A DNA stretch of 44,071 bases from Paramuribaculum sp. (GTDB lineage: Bacteria; Bacteroidota; Bacteroidia; Bacteroidales; Muribaculaceae): assembly GCA_009775605.1 (NCBI GenBank), contig VSPV01000001.1, positions 1 to 44,071 of the forward strand, given 5' to 3'. Positions 17,346 to 23,912 of the stretch are shown piece by piece. A program made the translations under genes and the position numbers. The notes beneath the pieces are model-generated. The model worked only from the letters and a program-made list of their open reading frames with translations, was not told the origin of the DNA and did not search any database. Positions within the stretch are counted from its first letter, which is position 1. The number at the start of each line of letters is the position of its first letter.

Positions 17346-18590
17346 TTATTCGTCTTTGAGGGCTATTGCCGGTTTGATGCGCATGGCGCGGCGTGCGGGT
17401 ATTATGATGCCCAGCACAATCATCAGGGCCATCAGGCCAAAGGTCACGAGAATGCAGAGCGAGGTGCGGCCCCAGCCTATGTATCCGTCGAAATAGGAGT
17501 TGAACTCATACCATGACAGAGCCGTGTCTATCGCTGCGGCCGGAATGGTGGCTACCACCAGCAGCAGGAGGCCTTCGCCTATCAGGCGGTTGAATATGCT
17601 GCGGTCCGTAGCGCCGTTGACTTTGCGTATGGCTATCTCGCCCACGCGCTGCTGTGTGCGGAACCAGAATGTGCCCAGAAGCCCCAGGAATATGTTGAGC
17701 AGCAGGAAGCCCATGCCGGCGTAGTAGTTGCGCTCACGGTTGGTGTAGAAGGTCTGGTAGTTGCGGCGGATATCCTTGAACGATACCACGTCGGTCACCA
17801 TCAGGTTGCCGATGCGGAACTGCGTGGGCGCGTCCTTCATCAGCATCTCTTTGATGTCATGGTCCATTTCGGGTTTCACGCGGATGCACAGCTCGTTGGT
17901 CCAGCTATACCACCATCGGGGCAGATCCATTACCACGCAGTCGTTCCATGTCTGATAGTCGCAGTAGCGCGGGGGGACCAGTGCCGCGCCGAGGCGCTTT
18001 ATGTTGGAGGTGTCGCCGATTATAAATTCTTTGCCTATGTAATCCTTCAGTTCCACTTTCTGTTTCCAGAAAAGATCGTTGTTGATAAGCACTTTGCCTT
18101 CTTTGAGCATGGCGGCAAGTTCTTCGGGAGTCTCGCCGTTGATTCCTTGGTAGCGGAACACGCGCACGAAATCGGGACTCACGTAGCGGCGCAGCGTATA
18201 GCCGTCGGTCTCCAGGGTATCGCCCTCGGCAATGTACTGTACGCCTATTCCGGAGTTTGAGCCATTGTAGGGATATGAGTTCTGCGACCAGCTCACAGCT
18301 TCTATTTCGGGACGGCGGCGGATACGCTCCATGAGTTCCATACGGTCGGCTCCGGTCTGTTCGTCACCGCGTTCGGGGATATATTCCGGACTTTTCACGT
18401 TGACCTCATCCACATCCACACGGTAGCAGTGCTCTATGTCGAAGCCGAGCGGAATGATGCGGGTGGAGATGCTTGTATAGAAAAAGTCCACGATATACCA
18501 GAGCACCACACTCACCACCAGCAGCTCGGTCACAAGCCAGAGGTTGGTGCGCCATTCGTTTTTTATCTGGGTAAATAGTTTCTTGTTCAT
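17346..18590 (-). CDS. MacB/FtsX-like ABC transporter permease
   Basis: N-terminal TM, large periplasmic domain, RVGEIAIRKVNGA, PARRAMRIKPAIALKDE. Confidence 0.9.
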   Translation of the reverse strand: MNKKLFTQIKNEWRTNLWLVTELLVVSVVLWYIVDFFYTSISTRIIPLGFDIEHCYRVDVDEVNVKSPEYIPERGDEQTGADRMELMERIRRRPEIEAVSWSQNSYPYNGSNSGIGVQYIAEGDTLETDGYTLRRYVSPDFVRVFRYQGINGETPEELAAMLKEGKVLINNDLFWKQKVELKDYIGKEFIIGDTSNIKRLGAALVPPRYCDYQTWNDCVVMDLPRWWYSWTNELCIRVKPEMDHDIKEMLMKDAPTQFRIGNLMVTDVVSFKDIRRNYQTFYTNRERNYYAGMGFLLLNIFLGLLGTFWFRTQQRVGEIAIRKVNGATDRSIFNRLIGEGLLLLVVATIPAAAIDTALSWYEFNSYFDGYIGWGRTSLCILVTFGLMALMIVLGIIIPARRAMRIKPAIALKDE

Positions 18591-18621
18591 TTTTGGTAAT
18601 TTTTTGTGTTTGGCAAACCGT

Positions 18622-19917
18622 TTATTTGGAGCGTCCCGACAGGGCGTTGACCAGACTGGTGCGCGAGGCGTTGAATGCCGGCAGGCCGCTGCTGAGCAGG
18701 TTGAGTATGAAGCAGAACAGCATTGCCCATCCGAACGTCGACCAGTGGAAGAGTATCGAACTGTCGACCTTCGGCGGGTTGAAAGTCATGGAGAACGGCT
18801 GCGCGAAAAGCAGACTGTTGCACAGATAGCCGAATATCACACTGAGCAGCAGTCCGATAACGCCGGCTACCAGTGTCATCACCAGATTCTCAGTGATAAT
18901 GTCGGCTATTATGCGGCCGCGGGTGCACCCGAACGATCGGCGAACGCCTATTTCGGCTGTGCGCTGTTTCAGGCGACTCTGGGTCATGGAGCTGAGGTTG
19001 ATGGCCGGGACTATGAGCAGAATCAGATAGATTATCAGTCGTCGGCGGCGTTCGCCGGGAAGGTCCGGCTCGTTGTTACTCGACAGGGCTATCACCTGGG
19101 TCTCCTGGTCGTAGGGGCGGTTGCGCGATGATATCTTCCATCCTGCCGATTTGAGCTGATCCTCGTAGCGGTCGTGGGCCTTGTTGTATTCATCTTTGAT
19201 TTTTGCGAAATCGTCGCTGCTGCGTGCAAGGAGAGTCACGCTCAGATAGCCATGGATGTCCCCCCACGTGGTCTCCATGTCGGTGGTGGCCGAGAGGTTG
19301 GGCCAAGCCTGTGCATAGCAGGCGTCGGCAAGAGTAGACACATCTTTCACCACTCCGGACACTCTGAATGGTGCCAGATTCATCAGGATTTCACGTCCGG
19401 CAACTTCGGTTGTGCCGAATACCGCGCGGGCAACACTCTCGGTGATCACTATTTCAGGTCGTCCGGCATCGAAGTCGGCTTTGGTGAAGGGTTTGCCGTC
19501 GATGAAAGTGAAGTCGAATACCTTCCAGAAGTTGTCGTCGACGGGTCGGAAGTCGGCCTGCACGTTCTCGCCTTTCGGAATGGACATTGCCGCCGGTGCG
19601 GTGAAGGCGCGGTAGGCGGTGGCTGCCTCGGGTGTCTCCAGCGAGAGCAGCATCTGTTTTGCTGTATTATAGCTCATGGGACCGTTGGAGCTGTCTCCCT
19701 CGCCCCATTCCTCTTTATATGATGAAAGATATTTGTAGTGGAGGAAGCGGTCGCGGTTGCTTTCAGGCGCATAAGGGGCGGTCTGCACCTCCTGCATCAT
19801 CACCACTATCATTATCAGGAAAATGGCCAGCGCGGTGCCCGCTATCGTTACTATGCTCAGCACTTTCTGGTGTTTCATCTGAAACCATGCCGAGCGGAAT
19901 ATGGTGTTGAGTTTCAT
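18622..19917 (-). CDS. MacB/FtsX-like ABC transporter permease
   Basis: DFTFIDGKPF, FRVSGVVKD, RTAEIGVRRSFG, LPAFNASRTSLVNAL. Confidence 0.9.
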   Translation of the reverse strand: MKLNTIFRSAWFQMKHQKVLSIVTIAGTALAIFLIMIVVMMQEVQTAPYAPESNRDRFLHYKYLSSYKEEWGEGDSSNGPMSYNTAKQMLLSLETPEAATAYRAFTAPAAMSIPKGENVQADFRPVDDNFWKVFDFTFIDGKPFTKADFDAGRPEIVITESVARAVFGTTEVAGREILMNLAPFRVSGVVKDVSTLADACYAQAWPNLSATTDMETTWGDIHGYLSVTLLARSSDDFAKIKDEYNKAHDRYEDQLKSAGWKISSRNRPYDQETQVIALSSNNEPDLPGERRRRLIIYLILLIVPAINLSSMTQSRLKQRTAEIGVRRSFGCTRGRIIADIITENLVMTLVAGVIGLLLSVIFGYLCNSLLFAQPFSMTFNPPKVDSSILFHWSTFGWAMLFCFILNLLSSGLPAFNASRTSLVNALSGRSK

Positions 19918-19951
19918 TGCTGTGAAATGAGATTGGATAATACGTAAGGGG

Positions 19952-20626
19952 TTACTGGACCTGACGGCCGTCGAGGAAGCGGATTATGCGGTCGGTCTGA
20001 CGGGCCTGCTCCTCATTGTGGGTCACCATCACTATGGTGCGTCCGTCCTCCTTGTTGAGGCGGTGGAGCATCTCCATCACTTCGGCACCCATCTTCGAGT
20101 CGAGGTTGCCGGTAGGTTCGTCGGCCAGGATTATCTCGGGCGAGCCGATTATGGCGCGGGCTATGGCCACGCGCTGGCACTGTCCGCCGGAGAGCTGTCC
20201 GGGCATGTGGCGCATGCGGTGAGCCAGCCCCACGCGCTCGAGCACCTCGCGCGCACGGGCTGCACGCTCCTTGTCGCTCACGCCCTTGCGGTAGATCAGA
20301 GGCAGCTCCACGTTGTCGGTCACGTTGAGCGACGGTATCAGATGGAAGCTCTGGAACACGAATCCGAGATAGCGGTTACGGAAAGCGGCCAGCTGGCGGT
20401 CGCTCATTCCGGTTGTGGTCTTTCCGTCAATCTCCACGGTGCCTGAGGTGGGGCTGTCAAGAAGGCCTATGATATTGAGCAGGGTCGATTTGCCGCAGCC
20501 CGAGGGGCCCATGATACTTACGAATTCACCTTTCTCGATGCTGATGTTGACGTTTTCCAGTGCGAGTGTCTCCACTTCGTTGGTCCGGTAGATTTTGTTT
20601 ACGTCTTTTACTTGGATTATTGACAT
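19952..20626 (-). CDS. ABC transporter ATP-binding protein (MacB/LolD type)
   Basis: GPSGCGKST, LSGGQCQR, ILADEPTGNLD, VTH motifs. Confidence 0.96.
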   Translation of the reverse strand: MSIIQVKDVNKIYRTNEVETLALENVNISIEKGEFVSIMGPSGCGKSTLLNIIGLLDSPTSGTVEIDGKTTTGMSDRQLAAFRNRYLGFVFQSFHLIPSLNVTDNVELPLIYRKGVSDKERAARAREVLERVGLAHRMRHMPGQLSGGQCQRVAIARAIIGSPEIILADEPTGNLDSKMGAEVMEMLHRLNKEDGRTIVMVTHNEEQARQTDRIIRFLDGRQVQ

Positions 20627-20666
20627 GACTGTATTTATTATTGTTGTTTTGATTGTTTCGGTTGGT

Positions 20667-21914
20667 TTATCTGAGGGTGAGCTTGTCTGACTCGCGGTAC
20701 TCGCTCATGTCCGAAGTCACTACTTTTTCTCCGGGTGCTATGCCGTCGAGCACCTCCACATATTCATAGTTGCTGTCGCCAAGACGCACCGAGCGCTTTT
20801 CAAGAAGGTTGTCGGAGGTCTGCACGAACAGGTCGTAACGGCCTGCTCCCTTGTAGTAGGGGCCGTTGGCTATGCGCACCACGTTGTCGCGGACGTCGCA
20901 CATCACGTACACGTCGCTCTTCAGGCCCGAGCGCAGTCGGGGGTTGGAGTCGTCGTCGAGCTTCACGGAGAAAGCAACTACGCCGTTGGTCGAAAGCGGT
21001 GTCACGTTGGTGATCACGCCGCGCAGCTGCTCCTTGCCGATGCGTGTGACCGTCGGCGCTCCCACCACTATGCGGTCCACATAGCTGTCGGCGATCTCGC
21101 CTTCAACCTTGAAGCGGCTCAGGTCGGCTATCACGGCCACGCGCTCTCCCTGGGCTATCTGCTGGCCTATCTGGTCGTTGATATAGGTGAGGATGGCTGC
21201 GCGCGGCGCCTTGATCTTGGCGTCGTCGAAGGTGCGCATGGTCTCCGCAAGGTTGCGGTCGGAGATGGAAAGCTCGAGGGCTTTCATGCGCTCGTCGGCC
21301 TGGCGCACGTCGCGTTCGTTTATAAGCTCCTTACGCAGCTGCTCAAGCTCCAGGCGTGCGGTCTCGTAGGCCAGCTTCACCTCGCGCACCTTGTCGCCTG
21401 TTCCTGAGCCCAGGCTGTCGAGACGCTGCTCGTTGACCAGCTCGGCGGCCAGACGGTTAACCGACATCTGCTTGACGCGAATTTGCATGTCGAGATTGGT
21501 GAGGAAGGTGTTGTTGTTGAGGCGGAGCTTGTCGAGCTCGAGGCGCTTCATGTCGCGCTCGTCCTGAATTCTCTTGAGCTCGGTTTCGGCCGAGAGAAGG
21601 TCGAGGCGCAGCAGAGGAGTTCCGGCACTCACACTGTCGCCTGCTTTGCTGTATACCTCCACGATTTTGGTGGTGATAGGCGAATTGATTATCTCCTCGA
21701 AAGCCGGAGCCACCTTGCCTGTGGCGTTGATAGAAGTTTCGATAGTTCCGCGGTCGGCCTCGCATATTTTCAGGTCGGAAGCCTTTACTCCTTTTCTAAG
21801 CAGGAGTACCGCTGTAATCACTACGGCTAAAGCTGCTGCCGATATCACGCAGATGCGTATCAGACGGCGGCGTTTCTGCCGCATGATTACCTCTTTTGGA
21901 ATTTCTCTGTCCAT
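20667..21914 (-). CDS. Efflux periplasmic adaptor subunit (HlyD/MacA-like)
   Basis: Single N-terminal TM, lipoyl-like GDSVSAGTPLLRL, long coiled coil, IKAP, GEKVV. Confidence 0.92.
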   Translation of the reverse strand: MDREIPKEVIMRQKRRRLIRICVISAAALAVVITAVLLLRKGVKASDLKICEADRGTIETSINATGKVAPAFEEIINSPITTKIVEVYSKAGDSVSAGTPLLRLDLLSAETELKRIQDERDMKRLELDKLRLNNNTFLTNLDMQIRVKQMSVNRLAAELVNEQRLDSLGSGTGDKVREVKLAYETARLELEQLRKELINERDVRQADERMKALELSISDRNLAETMRTFDDAKIKAPRAAILTYINDQIGQQIAQGERVAVIADLSRFKVEGEIADSYVDRIVVGAPTVTRIGKEQLRGVITNVTPLSTNGVVAFSVKLDDDSNPRLRSGLKSDVYVMCDVRDNVVRIANGPYYKGAGRYDLFVQTSDNLLEKRSVRLGDSNYEYVEVLDGIAPGEKVVTSDMSEYRESDKLTLR

Positions 21915-21967
21915 TGTGATGACTTAATTTGATATGTTTGGTTATTATGTTCTCACATATCATAGAC

Positions 21968-21982
21968 ACATAAAGCGTGCCA
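21968..21982 (-). promoter_or_regulatory. Candidate sigma54 (-24/-12) promoter of the efflux operon
   Basis: Minus strand TGGCACGCTTTATGT versus consensus TGGCACG-N4-TTGC, about 55 nt upstream of the adaptor ATG; the -12 element is imperfect. Confidence 0.65.
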
Positions 21983-22027
21983 AACGTTACATCGCTTGAT
22001 TACCAGCATGTTACTCCCTCGCCCCAC

Positions 22028-22075
22028 TGTCCGATTCCGTACACTCCCGCCATAACCGTACACCCCCGCCGTACA
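22028..22075. promoter_or_regulatory. Candidate upstream activator (enhancer) sites for the NtrC-family regulator
   Basis: Near-palindrome TGTCCG-ATTC-CGTACA at 22028-22043 and CCGTACA half-sites at 22037, 22056 and 22069. Confidence 0.5.
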
Positions 22076-22156
22076 TTTCCGTCACTCCCACTGGGAAAAT
22101 CGGCCTCCCCCCGTCCTTCCGGAGAGACTCCAAAACTCAAATCATCTCCCCCAATT

Positions 22157-22298
22157 GTAGGGATGCACGCTCGTGCATCCGCTCATAACCTTCACGCATC
22201 CGCTGATAACCATCTTACATCTGCTGAGAATCAAAGTTTATCCCCTGATAACCAACGTTATATAGCCTATAGTCGGCTGCTCCATGGAGCAGCCCTAC
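22157..22298. repeat. GTAG-type REP doublet (REPIN-like), copy 3, inverted, with an internal 4 x 21-bp tandem repeat
   Basis: GTAGGGATGCACGCTCGTGCATCCG ... CGGCTGCTCCATGGAGCAGCCCTAC; 21-bp units start at 22176, 22197, 22218 and 22239. Confidence 0.85.
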
Positions 22299-22333
22299 AT
22301 TTAGCGGTTTTGTACCATCCGACCCTCTTCTGT

Positions 22334-23062
22334 TCACTCCAGCAAATCCGTGTCGCCGTCTTTGCTGCGCTTGACGGCGCGGGTCACGTAGTCGGTGAGA
22401 TAAACCGTGAACAGGGGGAAGATAATCATGCCTGACACGGGCAGTATCACGGCCACTATCTTGCCGGCGGGAGTTACGGGCGAGATGTTACACCCCACCG
22501 TCGACATGTTCATGGCCGACCACCACAGAGCGTTCCAGTATGAAGTCACCTGCGGATTCACCCCGGCCTCGCGCTGGTAGAATATCAGTGAGCAGAAGTA
22601 GCCCACAAGAAGCATTATGGACAGATAGGAGATGAAAAGGCTCGTCACGGCATTGGACGACAGGTAGCTTATCACGATTCCGAATGCGAGGGCGCCGCGT
22701 GCCAGAGGAATGAAGCGGATAAAGTAGAGGGCTTCGTGGTTCAGGGGCAGTCCCAGCACGTTGATTATATTAAGATAAGGAATGGAAAGTATCAGTACGA
22801 AGATGTGTCTCCAGAAGAATCGCGAACGGTTGGAGGAGTGGTACATCTCCATGAAGAAATCGGCAATAAACACCATGCACACCCAGAACTGGAATGTCAT
22901 GTAACGGTGGTCCGTGAGCACATCCGTGCGGTTGAACGTGTCTATTGAAATCCAGATAATGAGGACTATAGAAAGTATGAGGACCAGGGAATCCATGGTC
23001 CACATGAAATAATTTCTATGTTTATGCCTTGGAACAGGCTTGTTTGAAACGGCGGCAGACAT
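22334..23062 (-). CDS. Potassium channel family (ion transport) membrane protein
   Basis: Multiple TM helices, pore helix YWNALWWSAMNMSTVGCNISPVTPAGKIVAV. Confidence 0.82.
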   Translation of the reverse strand: MSAAVSNKPVPRHKHRNYFMWTMDSLVLILSIVLIIWISIDTFNRTDVLTDHRYMTFQFWVCMVFIADFFMEMYHSSNRSRFFWRHIFVLILSIPYLNIINVLGLPLNHEALYFIRFIPLARGALAFGIVISYLSSNAVTSLFISYLSIMLLVGYFCSLIFYQREAGVNPQVTSYWNALWWSAMNMSTVGCNISPVTPAGKIVAVILPVSGMIIFPLFTVYLTDYVTRAVKRSKDGDTDLLE

Positions 23063-23118
23063 CGCTCTTGTGATTTAACTTATTTTAATAACGTCTGTCC
23101 GCTGCTTTTGTTCGGGAT

Positions 23119-23910
23119 CTACCGGGTTTGGGAGGATGTGATATAGCGCCAGTTTTGCGGCGGTTCGGGATGGTCGGAAATATTCCGGAAATTTCCCTGA
23201 ATTCCTGCATGAGCGGCGCCGTTGGCGAAGTGACAAAGCCCTATGCCGCAGTCGATAAGCGAGTAGCGGTTTGAGGTGGCGCAATAGAAATGGACGGTGT
23301 CGCCGTCCGTTGTGGCGCGCCATGGCTGCGAATTGGTGGAGGATGGTGCCAGCCGCATCATCTCCAGCGGGAATGCCAGCGGCGACGAGGCGGAGAGTGG
23401 CGTGCGGAAGCCGTCGGCGTAAAACAGGCTATCGAACGGCTTGCGCCGGTGGCTGCCCATCACCGAGGTCATGGCGCGTTCCAGAAAGCGTATGCGTCCG
23501 GGAACACCCACGGGACACACGGCGCGGAGACTCTCGCCCGCGGGCCAGGAGACATGGCTGTTGAAGGCCGATTTCCGGAAGGTGCCTCCCACCCAGCAGG
23601 TGCCCAGTCCCAGGCGTGTGGCCTCCAGCACCACCTGCTCGAAACGGTATCCTGCGCTCAGAGCCGAGTTGTCGTCGGCACCGGCCGCTATCAGGAAGTA
23701 TGTTTTCGCTCCGGAGATCATTCCGTAGGTTTCGGGGTGGAATACGCTGCCGGCGTCGATGTCGCGGAGCAGGATGGTTACGTCGCCACCGAAAGGCGAG
23801 TGTGTCTCCGCTGCGAAGCGCTCAAGGTGTTCGCGGAGAGAGGGTGAGAGCGGTTCGGGAGCAAAGGTGCGCACGGAGCGGCGTTGCTTTATGGCGGTGA
23901 TTATGTCCAT
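23119..23910 (-). CDS. Nitroreductase-family protein
   Basis: AIKQRRSVRTF, LGLGTCWVGG, RLAPSSTNSQPW, IDCGIGLCHF. Confidence 0.9.
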   Translation of the reverse strand: MDIITAIKQRRSVRTFAPEPLSPSLREHLERFAAETHSPFGGDVTILLRDIDAGSVFHPETYGMISGAKTYFLIAAGADDNSALSAGYRFEQVVLEATRLGLGTCWVGGTFRKSAFNSHVSWPAGESLRAVCPVGVPGRIRFLERAMTSVMGSHRRKPFDSLFYADGFRTPLSASSPLAFPLEMMRLAPSSTNSQPWRATTDGDTVHFYCATSNRYSLIDCGIGLCHFANGAAHAGIQGNFRNISDHPEPPQNWRYITSSQTR

Positions 23911-23912
23911 GG

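Noticed and set aside
22176..22259. Possible mini-CRISPR array
   Set aside because: The period is only 21 bp with 6-nt variable parts, the repeats are degenerate and no cas genes are present; it is a tandem repeat within a REP doublet.
21977..22435. 152-aa ORF with SADN-like repeats
   Set aside because: It is a translation of the promoter, REP and 21-bp repeat region and overlaps the convergent channel gene; no protein-like features.
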